64,000 nt of DNA from the NCBI GenBank assembly GCA_951406725.2, contig OX597825.1, positions 66,526,001 through 66,590,000 of the forward strand, in the 5' to 3' direction. Shown here in pieces: positions 27,216-41,715 of this stretch. Source of the stretch: Octopus vulgaris. Its lineage: Eukaryota. Each line of letters begins with the position of its first letter. Position 1 is the first letter of the stretch. A program made the translations under genes and the position numbers. Below the pieces are notes generated by a model. It did no database searches. It saw only the letters and a program-made list of their open reading frames with translations, and was not told the DNA's origin.

Positions 27216-28026
27216 AAGAAGAAGAAGAAGAAGAAGAAGAAGAAGAAGACTTCTGCTTTAGCAGATTTGTGATTATGATGTTCCTTCCATGACCTGTACA
27301 TCTTTTTTCTGGAACTATAGAATTTCTAGGACTAATTTATCTAACAGAATATTTTGGACTACTTCATCCAGCGTATTCTCGCCTATGAATTGGACGTCGA
27401 GAAACTGCGTAGATAATCAACTCGAGGTTCGTTGGTTATTAAATGTACGTATTCCTCTTGATTGAGCCTAAATCCAGTGGCATTTGACTCCATAAGCGTT
27501 TGAGCTAACGAGGAAACTTCTCACATAGTATTTTCAACTGCTATTAGTAGATAGTATCAAAATTCCTGTTATATCACAAAATACCGTCATAAAAATTAGC
27601 TGTATGATGAAGTCTCAGATGCAATAAACATGAAAAATGAAAAATAAATACGAGATGATTGTGGCTTGAATGCTTTTGATCACAGTACGAATAGAACAGT
27701 GTAGACCTCCGGCAAAAGATCAACGAAAGATCATAAGGACAAAATAAAGAATCTGTGGCGAAAGTCTACACTAGAATCCATTAAATTTTCCCGGTTTTGC
27801 ATCATTACGCACGACATTTTAAGCCTTAGCTTCGCCTTACCATGCATTCTGTGTGGAACAGTGTGAAACTTGGAGGGAGTCTCACATAACTTCCATAGCA
27901 TTCATCGATTGAGTAACAAAACTCATTCTCAACTGAAACGTCAGTTTCTTTTAAATTCTTAAAATAAAATATCAGCTGCGGATTATAAGCTAACTCAGTA
28001 TGCTACTGCTGTATATAAAATGTTTA

Positions 28027-28440
28027 GGATCTTTTCGGTTTGAACGGCAGTTTTTAACATAATTTCTAGGTAACTAAAAAATTTTAAACTTCGTAGACTG
28101 GTAGAATGTGTTTATAAAACATCTTTTTCTCTTGGCTTTATTGAGAAAATTCTATAGTTTGTAAGATATTTGTTGTTTTTTTCCTTCAATTTCTGCAATT
28201 TCAACCAATCACTGACGTCCATTGAGGTAAACAACATTCTGTGCCGTATGAATATGTCCCTCGTTTAAGAAACAGATTGGCTTTATTTACATTTGTGAAG
28301 AAAAAAAGATCCCCCCCCTAACCCTAACCTTAACCCTAAAACAGATTGAAATGCAATAGATCGATACTAGGGTCATAATTATGGGTGACAATTTCATATG
28401 ACACCTCTAGAAAAAACTGCCATTCAAACCGTAAAGATCC
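28027..28440. mobile_element. 414-bp MITE with ~29-bp TIRs, GG..CC ends and 8-bp TSD (Merlin-like)
   Basis: GGATCTTTTCGGTTTGAACGGCAGTTTTT / AAAAACTGCCATTCAAACCGTAAAGATCC; AATGTTTA at 28019-28026 and 28441-28448. Confidence 0.85.
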
Positions 28441-28644
28441 AATGTTTATTTTTCAATAACTATTTAACACAGATGTTATATATTTCTCGGTTTGCCAAAA
28501 TGAGTTCTTCTCTCTTTTTTAATATAATCTTTAATGAACGCATATCTGTATCAATACATTCCCATGAAAATAAGTTTATGTTGATATTTCAAGAACCGGT
28601 TTGCAATCCAGTAACTTTTGATTCTTCATTGGTGAGGAATACTC

Positions 28645-29500
28645 TCCTTACTCTTTTACTCTTTTACTTGCTTCAGTCATTTGACTGTGACTTTGCTAGA
28701 GCACCGCATTTAGTCGAGCAAATCGACCCCAGGACTTATTCTTTGTAAGCCTAAGTACTTATTCTATCGTCTCTTTCGCCAAATCGCTAGGTTACGGGGA
28801 CGTAAACACACCAGCATCGGTTGTCAAGCGATGTTGGGGCGACAAACACAGACACACAAACATACACACACATATGCATATATATATATATACATATAAA
28901 GGGAAATTTTACGAAAATAAACAAAAGACGAAGGCAGGTGGTGTACAAACAAACAAATGTATTAGTATAACGCTCAGGAATAGAAAAAGTCTTTTACGTT
29001 TCGAGCCTACGCTCTTCCACAGAAAGGAACACAGAAAAAAACAAGGAGAGAAACAAGGAGAGAAAAACAATGTGTAGTAGCTAACGATCTATCATGGCGT
29101 CATATATATACATATATACGACGGGCTTCTTTCAGTTTCCGTCTACCAAATCCACTCACAAGGCTTTCGTCGGCCTGCAGCTATAGTAGAAGACACTTGC
29201 CCAATGTGCCACGCAGTGGGACTGAATCCGGAACCATGTGGTTCGTAAGCAACTGAAAGTAGCCCGTCGTATATATGTATATATATATATATATGTCTGT
29301 GTGTGTATGTGTTTGTGTGTCTGTGTTTGTCCCTCCAACATCGCTTGACAACCGATGCTGGTGTGTTTACGTCGCCGTAACTTAGCGGTTCGGCAAAAAA
29401 GACCGATAGAATAAGTACTAGACGTCGATTTGCTCGACTGAAGCTGTACTCTAGCATGGCCACAGTCAAATGACTTAAACAAGCAAAAGAGTAAAAGAGT
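28645..29500. mobile_element. Inverted pair of family-B SINEs joined near 29250
   Basis: Minus copy 28645-29245 directly followed by plus copy 29250-29500. Confidence 0.75.
28898..29100 (-). mobile_element. ~200-bp hammerhead-bearing monomer, copy 2; HHR 28990-29027
   Basis: Minus CCTTT-CTGTGGA-A-GAGC-GTAG-GCTC-GAAA-CGTA-AAAGA; inserted in the (TA)n of a family-B SINE. Confidence 0.7.
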
Positions 29501-29806
29501 AGTATTCAGTGTGTGAGGGCGCATGGCTTAGTGGTTAGGGTGTCGCACTGACGAGCGTGAGATCGAGCGTGCTTTCAGTTACTGGATCAGGTAGTGCGTT
29601 ATGTTCTTAGGCAAAACACTCCATCTCACGTTGCTCTCCGATTACTTTGAAAAACTGACGTGTGGTACACCGTGCAACTGTTCAGGCGACGTCAATTTTA
29701 TGGAGGGAGGAAGCGAGCGAGCGAGCTAAGATACGGCTCATGCAAAAATAATTTTGTGCAGCTTGTTCGGTAAGAAATTTCAGAACCGTCTTGGAATACA
29801 ACAATT

Positions 29807-29845
<39 letters not shown>

Positions 29846-29949
29846 GTCGTCGTCGTCAGTATTCTTCGTATATTCAGTGGATTAGCCTCCTGTGTAAAGC
29901 ATGCGCGTCTTCACATCTGGTATTTGTGTATATACTGATATTTTTTTTG

Positions 29950-30486
29950 CGCCCTTTTTCAAGACTGGCCAGGCTCATGGACCCGGTTTCCTGGTTTCTA
30001 TGGCGTATGAGTTCCCCACCAGCGTTACTCAAGAAACAGGAAGAAAGAGTGAGAGAAAGTTGGGGCGAAAGGGTACAACAGGGGTCGCCACCATCCCCTG
30101 CCGCAGCTTCGTGGAGCCTTAGGTGTTTTCGCTCAATAACACACACAATACCCGGTCTGGGAATCGAAACCGAGATCTTCCGACCGCGAGTCCGCTGTCC
30201 TAACCACTGGGCCATTGCACCTCCACTATTAAATTAATGCGCCCTTTTAAAGCCTAGCCAGGCTTATGGGCCCGGTTTCCCGGTTTCAATGGCGTATGTG
30301 TTCCCCAGCTAGACGGGACGCCAGCCCATCGCAGCATTACTCCTTTTTGCCAGCTGAGTGGACTGGAGCAACGTGAAATGAAGTGTTTTGCTCAAAAACA
30401 CAACGTGCATCCCGGTCCAGGAATCGAAACAACAATTTTACGATCATGATGCTGACACCCTAACCACTAAGCCACGCGCCTCCACC
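29950..30486 (-). mobile_element. Family-D SINE (29950-30226) and family-C SINE with tail 2 (30238-30486)
   Basis: Two tRNA heads on the minus strand, both ending in GAAACCGGG...CCCATGAGCC-type tails. Confidence 0.8.
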
Positions 30487-30739
30487 TTCGATAACCTGCT
30501 GGAGCGAAAATATGCAAGATGCATTTGACGATAAAATACAACTTAGTTATATGGCTTCAATGGAGAGAACCTGCTCTGATATGAACTTATATGCAGGCTT
30601 CAGTCCAAGAGTGTAGGCTAAAATATTTGTCACTTGCAACGACTCATCGCCATTTATATGTAGGAATCGAAACCGCTGCCCTAACCACTGGACCATTGCG
30701 CCTCCACATATATTCATATTCATATTCTTATATATGTCT

Positions 30740-31005
30740 CAGATCAAATGCCCCAGGCATGATGTAACACCGCCAGTATCATCACCTCAATCGCCATTCT
30801 TTTGTGGTCGGCATTTGGAGAATGAAAGACTTTCATATTGCTGTCCTCTTTTGAGAATTCTTGCTATGATGTAGATTCACCTGGGATCTGGAATAACAGA
30901 AGGGCAGGATGATTCAAAACATCTATCCCCATTCCATATAGATCTCACAGGCTTTTAGCAACATATTAAAGAATTATGGGCCTTTGAATTCCAAGCTGTT
31001 GTAGT
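30740..31005 (-). pseudogene. 3' end of a CR1/L2-group LINE
   Basis: Minus YNSLEFKGP*FFNML...DLYGMGIDV...QIPGESTS resembles the GP.LFN.LP...F...LD...PDEP ORF2 terminus. Confidence 0.5.
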
Positions 31006-31520
31006 ACATGAGCCTTACTCTAGATAGAATGCGTGGGATATTTGGAACAGGTATGGATATGCATAAATGCTTGCATATACATATGTGTGTAGGTGTCTCG
31101 CAAAAATATATGAGTGTGCATATATATTTGCATGCAAGTATGCGATTTCATGTCTTTTATCTACATATTTCGATAAATGATCAAAACCGTTATTTGTATC
31201 TCTTTAAGTGAATAGTGCATATTCTACATTTTTACGTGGGCTTGTAATAGTAATTCGCTAATTAGTCGAACGTATACAAGCATCAAGAAAAGAAAATTAT
31301 ATATTTCTATGCATATATGTGTTTTTATCACTATATGCATGAACAGGGCAAGTACCTGTGTATGAATACATATATTTTATACAAACGCGCACACAAGTGG
31401 GTGTACAAGATTGTGTGTATGTATTATGTATATGCATACGGATTTTACATGCGGTTGTAGAGAAAAATATAAAGCTATGCAACGGGATTATTATAATTAT
31501 CTATAACATGATACTTAGTC

Positions 31521-31557
<37 letters not shown>

Positions 31558-31755
31558 TGTATGTACATATGTATATATATATATACAAATATATATAAAT
31601 GTGTGTGTATGTATGTATATTTATACATACATATACATATACATATTTGTGTGTGTAAATTTTTGGATGTATGTGTATAGGTGATGCGTGTTTCTGTGTT
31701 TAGGCATGCTTGTATTTGTATATGTATATATGTATGTATATATATATGTGTATGC

Positions 31756-31811
<56 letters not shown>

Positions 31812-32236
31812 AAAATATATATTTATATGTATATATATATACGTGTATATATATATATGTGTGTATATATATACAAACACATACAGAGATATGTATTTAA
31901 AATATACATTTATATATATGTGTATTTATACTTACATACATATATATATATATATATATGCATGTATTTATATGTGTATATATCTTTGTATGTTTGTATG
32001 TATGTGTATTTTATGCATGTGCATATAGCCATACATATATGCCTGAATATCATAATCCAAGTATGTATGTATATGTATAAAGTATGCATGTATGCATATA
32101 TATATATATAAATATACACATATATATATATAGTATGTATATATGCATATATAGTATGTATATAAATATATACACACACATATATATATATACATGTATA
32201 TATAATATGTGTATATATATATATATGTATGTATAT

Positions 32237-32277
<41 letters not shown>

Positions 32278-32453
32278 CATATGTATGTATGTGTATGTGC
32301 GTGTGTTGTGTGTATGCCTGTTGTCTGTGTGGGTGTGTGTGCATCCATTATCTGATTTTGTGTGTAAATAACATGACTAACATGTAGAGTTATCCAATTG
32401 GATTGTTGTTGTCGTAGTTTCTGTCGTTGATGTTGTTGTTGTTATTATTATTT

Positions 32454-32523
<70 letters not shown>

Positions 32524-32788
32524 CATCATCATTATCATTATTATTATTATCATTATTATTATTATTATTATTATTAGCATTATTATCATATGTTTTCTGT
32601 ATTGTTAATAAACGAATAGAATTTAAATTTACAAACATTTCTTTGATCTCGCATTACATTTTACCATTTCCGGCATCAGTCTCATTAATTATGGTCAAAT
32701 TAATAAAATAGAAATGAAGACAGCAATCGGTAATCAAGAGCAACAAAGAATAAAGAAGATTAAAATTAAGAAGAGAACATTCAATTTG

Positions 32789-32950
<162 letters not shown>

Positions 32951-33138
32951 CATCCATCCATCTGGTGTCTGTCTGTATCTCTGTCTATAGGTATCTATTT
33001 ATCCCGTCGATCTCTCTCTCTCATACATAAATACGTATGTGTATAAGGATACATACATATATACACAATTGAATATGTGTATATACGCACACACACACAG
33101 ACATATGCACATATATATGTGTGGATGTGTATATATAT

Positions 33139-33206
<68 letters not shown>

Positions 33207-33417
33207 CATACATACGTACATATATATATATATACATACACACACACTCGCACATATTTGAAGAGAGAGTATGACTCGATGCTCAAAGAAAGAAAACAAA
33301 TCATACTAACAAAACCAAAGACACATTCGCCATGATAGCTTTTATGGTGAGACACTTCAAAAAAATTTAATAATAGTAATAACAATAATAATAATAATAA
33401 TATTAATAATAATAATG

Positions 33418-33472
<55 letters not shown>

Positions 33473-33808
33473 TGATGATGATGAAACTGAAACGAATACA
33501 ATACGATGGAATCAAGTAAATCGCCATGAAATAAAAATATTTATAGAAAAATGAATATATTTTATAAAACGAATCACTTTTATTCACCATACTGACACGC
33601 ACATACGCAGTATGTTTTGGCAATTCTGTCGTTCAAAAGTTCTTGTCTGCATATTAGTTTTTTAGTGTATTTTTTGTTGCCTTTATTATATATTATATAT
33701 CTTATATTTTCTTCTCGTTTTTTTTCCAGGATGAAATTAAATTTTCTGAAATTTTGCAATTCATTTGAATTGAATATTTAATCAGAAACAAGAATTTCTT
33801 GCAATATA

Positions 33809-34376
33809 TTGGGTTGTCCGGAAAGTTCGTGCCGATTTATAGGAGCTTACCTTTCGACTTATTTTAGAACATGGTTGAGTCCATAAAATAGGATTTGATT
33901 ACACCTCCATTTAGAGCACAGTTTAAGCTATCTTTTCGTGGAAGAAGATTTATGTTCCTATAACCTGTATTAATTCTGTAACCCTCTAAAATAGAAGATA
34001 AGTAAGTTCATTTTCCGCACTTGATGCTTTGGGAACCAGATATAGATTGCTGCAGCTCGACTGGGATGTGTTACCTCACCCTCCATATTCACTAGATATT
34101 ACTCCTTCAGATTTCCACTTAATCAGGTCTCTACAGAATAGTGTTAATGGCAACAATTTCAATTCCTTGGATGACGTAAAAAGATATCTTAAGGAATTCT
34201 TTGCCATGAAACCACCTCAATTCTGGGAAGAGGATATTTTCAAGTTAAAAGAAAGATGGAAACACGCATTGTGCAACAAAATAGTTCATATTTGGTTGAT
34301 TAAAAATGTTATGGCGAATATTTATTGACCTTTTTCTTTCCTTTAAAAATCGGCATGAACTTTCCGGACAACCCAA
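33809..34376 (+). mobile_element. Internally deleted mariner (mellifera-like), 568 bp, TA TSD
   Basis: 30-bp TIR TTGGGTTGTCCGGAAAGTTCGTGCCGATTT at both ends; WDVLPHPPYSLDITPSDFHL motif. Confidence 0.95.
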
Positions 34377-34439
34377 TATAATTACTGGGGTCGATATATT
34401 CAACTAAAAACTTTTCAGCATGGACGTAGTTTAATGACT

Positions 34440-34628
34440 TTTATTAGTTATCTACCTCTTAATCTTTATTTACTGAACAATTACCCTTAATATCCATTAA
34501 ATAATCATAATTTTTCACATTTTTTCGCTAAAAATCTTCCTAGTTACCTCCTTCGCAATTCCAAAAACATCGTGACCATTGGTCCAGCCGTTTGAGCGTG
34601 AACAGAGACCAGACAGACAGACGGTAAT
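34440..34628 (-). mobile_element. Helitron-like 5' fragment
   Basis: CATTGGTCCAGCCGTTT...CAGACAGACAGAC layout as in 8300-8390. Confidence 0.4.
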
Positions 34629-35339
34629 AACACCCATTATAGTAAGATATGTTAAGTGAGGTAAATGAATAAAAATAAAAATAAAAAGTATAGTATTTAT
34701 GTTTCAAAAACTTTTAAATGATCCTTTAAAATTTCGGGAAAAATCCTCCTCTTCAAATATGAAAATAAAAACAATACGTTATTGTCAAAAAATACATTAT
34801 TTTCAACTATCTATTTAATGTGTTGTGATCACACTAGATTAGTTTGCTGGTAACAACACATTACACTAAACTCTGAAGAACTTTCCCGAAATCTTTTTAG
34901 GATTAGTAAACAACTCCAGCTTGTCTTGAAAAACGGTACGCTAGATCAAAAAAGCTTATTCATCAAAATATTACATGAAATATGTTGTTTAGGAGACTTG
35001 ACTATCTCTGCTTTATTGTATCCACTTTTATCTGAATTTATTTTCGCAATCTATTTTTCAATAGAGGTACGCGAACACAGCGCCAATTGAAAACAGGGTA
35101 CGCTAAAAGAATAGGTTTGAAAACTATTAAAATAACAAAACCAGAAAAGAATGTTCAACTACAACCTCATTTCAAACAATAAAGATATAACATTCAGTAA
35201 ACAGAATAGAATTTCAATGGATTTCTTGTGCCTGATGTCTTCAAATCAAAACTTTAAAACTCAGAGGCTGATTCGATTTCATTTAGATCGTACCATGCTC
35301 ATTAATGCTTGTCTGTTTCTCGTTTGATAGAATTTATGT

Positions 35340-35783
35340 ATGTTTGTACATATATGTATGCATCCACACACTCACACACTGATACACTGACACACACATA
35401 TATGTATGTATGTACATATATGTATGTATACACAAACACACAGAAACACACACACTTATGTACGTACGTATATATGTGTATGTGTATGTGTACACACACA
35501 CACTGATATACTGACACACACACATATATGTATGTATGTACATATATGTATGTATACACATACACACAGAAACACTGACACACACACACACTTATGTACG
35601 TACATATATATGTGTATGTGTATACACATATACTGATATACTGGCACACACATATATGTATGTATACAGACACACACACACACACTGATACACTGACACA
35701 AACATAAATGTATGTATACACACACACTCACACACTGATACACTGACATACACATATATGTATGTATGTACATATATGTATCT

Positions 35784-35820
<37 letters not shown>
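35340..35820. repeat. Higher-order minisatellite (~120-bp units) built from CA/TATG microsatellite blocks
   Basis: ACTGATACACTGACACACACATATATGTATGTATGTACATATATG recurs about every 120 bp. Confidence 0.7.
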
Positions 35821-35822
<2 letters not shown>

Positions 35823-36787
35823 CTCGAACACAATCAGACACAATAGAATTAAAAACAAAGGAACCACCATGATATAAAACCAAAATAAACATAAAAAGAT
35901 TCCCGAGATGTTCATATGTTTTTTATGAATATAATACGGAAAATTAAATTATATTTTAATAAGAAATATTTTTATCTGTAAAAAAAAGTGTAAACAGACG
36001 GAATGAAATTGAAATAAAATATTACTGTATGTTTATTTGACTTTTCTTGTTAAATTATATTTCATCGTTTAATTTCATTTGTTTGAGAAAGTGCAAAAGA
36101 AAGGCAAACGAGAATATGAACAGAAAAAACAACAGTAAAATAACCACTAACGACTTGAATGCTGAAAAACTGGAATGGTTTCAATATGAAAGTCTGTTAT
36201 ATTGTAAATATCAAATACATCGCTAATAAACAGAGTAACATTATAATGATGTAAAAAAGCAAGCAACACGCTCCACCTAACTCCTCCGAATATTTTTTAA
36301 AATTTTGAAATTTGTCAAAATTTCAAAAAATAAAAAGTGAACAGTTATGTTATAGTAGTATATTAAATCATTGTAACGCATACATTCATCCATACTTACG
36401 TACGTACGTACATACATACATACATACATACATACATACATACATACATACATACATACATACATACACACATACATACATATATGTGATACGCTATATA
36501 ACAATATACATGTATCTCTGTATTATATACATATATATTTATATATATGTACGTATGTATAAGTGTATATAAATATACACATATACATGCGTACATAAAT
36601 GTATACATACGTACACACACACATATATATATAGATACATATATATATACATATATTTGTATATATATATATATATATATATACGTATTCACATCTATAT
36701 ATACATACCTGTATCTATATCTATCTATTTATCTATATACATGCATATATATATATACATATATATAAATATATATACTTACCTGTA

Positions 36788-36871
<84 letters not shown>

Positions 36872-37554
36872 CATTTACATATATACGTGTTTGTTTGCGT
36901 GTGTGACTCTGTGTGTGTGCGCGCGCGTATGTGTAAGCACAGTACACCCAGTTTTGAATGTCACTTAATGATTAATATTTTTTTTCGCCTTAAACTTTGG
37001 AAAATATAAAATTGATTATTATGAACGTAACGAAGAATACAAAAATATTGCTTTACTACATAATAAGTGTTTATCTTTTTATGGGAGACGTTCAAAAATG
37101 CCAATTACCAGCATAACATATCTAAATGTAATTAAAAGTAAGACATATTGAATGAATTCAGAGTAGGTCAGTGTGATCAATGATCTTCCCAAAAGTTGAT
37201 ATACCACTGGTATAATAAATATAGAAATGAAACAATAACCGTAGAAGACGGTCTTAAATCTGGAAGACCAACCTAGAATATTATCATTCAAAGTACTTGA
37301 AATTATTCTATTCAAGCTACGAATAACAGCTAGGGAACCCACATGAAGTCTGAGCATCAGGAAAGAAATTATTTAATCGCGAAAGAAGCAGTATTGGTTT
37401 AGTTAGGTACTGCAGATCTTACATAATATGGATATACTAGCGGAAGCCAAAACGTGAGGCATTCGTTTTGAGAAAGCTTCCCGTATAGAGGAGCATTTTA
37501 GTATCATTCCCAAGACGAATTACTGCAGTTTTGTGGCTTTCTGTAGTATATGTA

Positions 37555-38120
37555 TTGGGTTGTCCGGAAAGTTGGTGCCGATTTTTAAAGGAAAGAAAAA
37601 GATCAATAAATACTTGCCATTACATTTTTAATCATCCAAATATGAATCATATTGTTGCACAATGCGTCTCCATCTTTCCTTTAACTTGAAAATAGCCTCT
37701 TCTTAGAATTGAGGTGGTTTCATAGCAAATAATTCATCAAGGTATCTTTTTACGTCATCCAAGGAATTGAAATTGTTACCATTAACACTATTCTGTAGAG
37801 ACCTGAATAAGTGGAAATCCGAAGGAGCAATATCTGGGGAATATGGAGGGTGGGGTAACACATCCCAGCCGAGCTGCAGCAATCTTTGTCTGGTTCCCAA
37901 AGCATCAAGTGCCGAAAATGAACTTTCTTATCTTCCATTTTAAAGGGTTACAGAATTAACACAGGTTATAGGAACATAAACCTTCTTCCACGAAAAGATA
38001 GCTTAAACTGTGTTCTAAATGGAGGTGCAATCAAATCCTATTTTTTGGACTCAACCATGTTCTAAAATAAATCGAAATGTAAGCTACTATAAATCGGCAC
38101 GAACTTTTCGAACAACCCAA
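37555..38120 (-). mobile_element. Second copy of the deleted mariner, inverted, 566 bp, TA TSD
   Basis: Same TIRs; MEDKKVHFRHLMLWE fused to GTRQRLLQLGWDVLPHPPYSPDIAPSDFHLFRSLQN. Confidence 0.95.
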
Positions 38121-39399
38121 TAGTATATCCAGGCTCATATAATAACCGTCAAAGACGGTCTTACATCTGGAAGATCCACTGAAATTGAACTAGAATATTA
38201 TGGTTTAAATAGTTGAGTTTATTTTATCCAAATGAAGGATAACAAAAAGGGAGCCCACTTGCGTCTCAGTATCAGAAAAGGAATTCGTTATTCGCGAAAA
38301 AAAAATCCGTCTTGAGAAGGCTTCTGGTATAAACGCGCTTTTTAATACTATTCATCTATAAGCTTTCTCAAGAGTAATTACTGCAGGTTTGTGTCTTTCG
38401 GTAGTATATCCTCCTTAAGCAAAATATACAGAATGTTACCCAGAAAAGAAGCGACGAATAGTATTTTAAATCGCAGTGAAATTAGAAAACTTTATAAAAG
38501 AATTTGTATTCGCAATATTTGCTTCAAATTTTGGCACAGGGCCTACAATTTCGGGGTAGGGGTAAGTCGATTACACCGAACCCACTTTTCAGCTTGGGTT
38601 TATTTTATCGACTCCGAAATGATGAAAGGTGAATTCGACCAACATGGCGTTTGAACTCAGAACGTAAAAAAAAAAACGAAATACCACTAAGCATTTTGCT
38701 GACGATTCTGTCAGTTCGCCGCCTTATTTGTAACAGTAATATTGACACCTGAAATGATGGAAAGACAATTGGAAGTCTGCAAACGCAATCTTACAATTTT
38801 CGCTAAGAAATGCAATTAATACTTAAGAAACCCTTCAATGGTTGATAAAAAAATACATTCACTCCATAAGTATCTCTATAAAAACGTTAATGAAATCAAC
38901 GGAAGTTGCTAAGGAATCGATGAGAGTTCTCAAAGCAAAATTTCGAACATTGACTCTTTATCACATAGATCTGACGCTAACATGGTTTTGTCTTATTTCT
39001 ATTTATTAATTTATATTTTGATTTGGTATTATTTATCAGGGGCTATTCACGCTGATATTGCGGAAAAGCGAATGAAATTTAAAAATACTTTTATAAAACA
39101 CAGACAAAAAAAAAAAAAAAAAAAAAAAGATAGCAAAACAGGATTTTTCTCCAGACTGTAATTCGTTTCCCTCTTTACTGAAATATCTCACTTCGTAAAA
39201 TGTTTAATTAATAAGTCACTGGTTATTTATATCATACTGAGGACGTCTAGCAAAAATGAAATTGTGCTATACATGATTACCAAAGACTAGAAATTTTAAG
39301 ATATTTCGTATGAAGACATAGAAAGACATATGTAAACTTCATGTACCGTTCTCTTTAAATTTTCTTAATCTCAGTTTCAAATTTTTAATCTTGCTTTGA

Positions 39400-39650
39400 A
39401 TGATTTTCACGCTAGAACAATTCCCCCCCCCTCCTAAATTCATTTGTCCACTTCTGCACCGTTGATAAAACTGGATCGTCATCATCTAATATAGCAGGCA
39501 TGTCAGCATGAATGCCCTTGGGGACTAAACCCTTTCTCTGCAGGTACTTGGTAGCACTACGAAGCCAAGTCTTGTCGATTTTGAAGAAGAGTCGCTACTA
39601 GTTATTTTTGATGTGTTCTTTGAACAGTCATATGTCAGTTTACCTGCAAA
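39400..39650 (-). pseudogene. Mariner transposase N-terminal relic (different subfamily)
   Basis: Minus KIDKTWLRSATKYLQRKGLVPKGIHADMPAILDDDDPVLSTVQKWTNEFRRG, the mariner HTH region. Confidence 0.75.
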
Positions 39651-39775
39651 GAAATAATTCAGTTATTAATGAGAAAAATTTTAATTAACTCAGGCAAGAT
39701 TTCATAGCTCTAGTGTCACTCCTTCACAGTCAGTCTATGGACAGTTCAGTCCACACACACACTCACTCTTTCTCT

Positions 39776-39857
<82 letters not shown>

Positions 39858-39880
39858 ATATATATATGATATATATATAT

Positions 39881-40075
39881 GTCGCCATGATTGACCGCTA
39901 AATCCACAAGTTTTTTTTTATATTCTCTCCGTTTATTTCATCGTGTTCCTTTCTACTGAAGAGCGTAGGCTCGAAACGTAAAAGACTTTCTCACCTTCCC
40001 GAGCATCAAACTAATATACCTGGTTGTTGATTATACACCAGTCTTTGTCTTTTATTTTTCTATAAATTTCAACTA
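39881..40075 (+). mobile_element. ~195-bp hammerhead-bearing monomer, copy 3; HHR 39948-39985
   Basis: CCTTT-CTACTGA-A-GAGC-GTAG-GCTC-GAAA-CGTA-AAAGA; (TA)n on both sides. Confidence 0.65.
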
Positions 40076-40104
40076 TATATATATATGTATGTATATTTAT
40101 ACAC

Positions 40105-40144
<40 letters not shown>

Positions 40145-40399
40145 GGGTGCGTAGGTGTGTCTATTGTGAGTGTACAAATTGTATCACCGTCTAAATTACT
40201 CCGACGCTAAAGCAATTCTGAGTGAATCAATCTTTCCAGAGGTACTGAGGATTGACAAAATATTTTTCAAATTTCTGTAATTCACGTAATTATATTCATT
40301 TTAGGTATTAACAAACACATAAAGTCTTGGTATCATTACTAGCACACGCATACACACATACACACACACACATATATATATATATATACACAAACACAC

Positions 40400-40434
<35 letters not shown>

Positions 40435-40723
40435 ATATATATATACATGTGTGTTTGTGTGAGTGTGCATATGTATTTGTGAGCATAACTATTAAGGAGA
40501 CACGTTTTTCCCTACAGACGAACATATCTGCTTCATTTATCAAATTTGTGGAGCTCGATATAACAGCAAAATACTATCTTTGCATGTATGTGTATGTATG
40601 CACATTTGTATGTTTGTATAAATATGTCTGCGAATGTTTGTGCGGTTTGTCTGTGTGCCTGTAGGTGTGCTTGAATGTGTACCTACGTGTGCGCGCGCGT
40701 ACACATAGACTAATTATGCCTAA

Positions 40724-40870
<147 letters not shown>

Positions 40871-41663
40871 AATCTATTTGTATGTTTGTCTATCTGTCTG
40901 CCTGTTTGTCTGTTTGGCTGTCTATCTATTTACGTATATGCATATATATATACATTCATGTATGCACACACACCTATATATGTATGTATGCATATATATG
41001 TATATGCACATACCTGTGCGTTTGTATGTTTGTATGTATGCATATAAACTCGTTATTTTCAAAAATACTTTATTTGACAAGAAACGTAATCCGACTTTTT
41101 TTCTATTTTTTGTGTAATTGTCTCTTCGTCTTTTTCGTTCATTTATTACCAATATTAAAGCATGTGTATGTCAAAATTTCTCCCGTTTTGCCGAGTCATC
41201 AATAGCCATCTAATGGCGACTGGCGGAAGTGAAAAAGCTACTTCATCAGTTATAAAGTTCAGTTTGCTACTTACGAGTCAATAATTTCTAGAATGTAGAT
41301 CAAGTAAGAAATAAATGAATGAAAAATAAAAAGAGAATACTAAAAAAGAATTGGATAATATAAAAATTAAAATACGGAAAAAAGGTCTATGAAACAATTG
41401 CGAAAATAAAATAAAAGAACTTATATGAAAAGAAATGACAAACTGTTAACCGGAAGTAATTTTATATCGTTTCAATGACATGGACAACGTGTAATAGTAT
41501 AAAATCCAATTTTAAGCTGCTTAATTGGACATTAAAGTTGTAGATGAAGGAAAAAGTAATGGTTGTGTATATATAAACTTTCTGAAAATGGATGCAATTT
41601 TGGTTTTCAGTTTCGATATATGATTATTCATTGAGAATTTATTGTCGTTGCAGGTGTTGATGT

Positions 41664-41715
<52 letters not shown>

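Noticed and set aside
35340-35820. Regularly spaced repeats as a CRISPR array
   Set aside because: Eukaryotic context, spacers are themselves repetitive, no cas genes; minisatellite
39541-39645. Apparent exon with TTTGCAG acceptor
   Set aside because: Translates as a mariner transposase N-terminus
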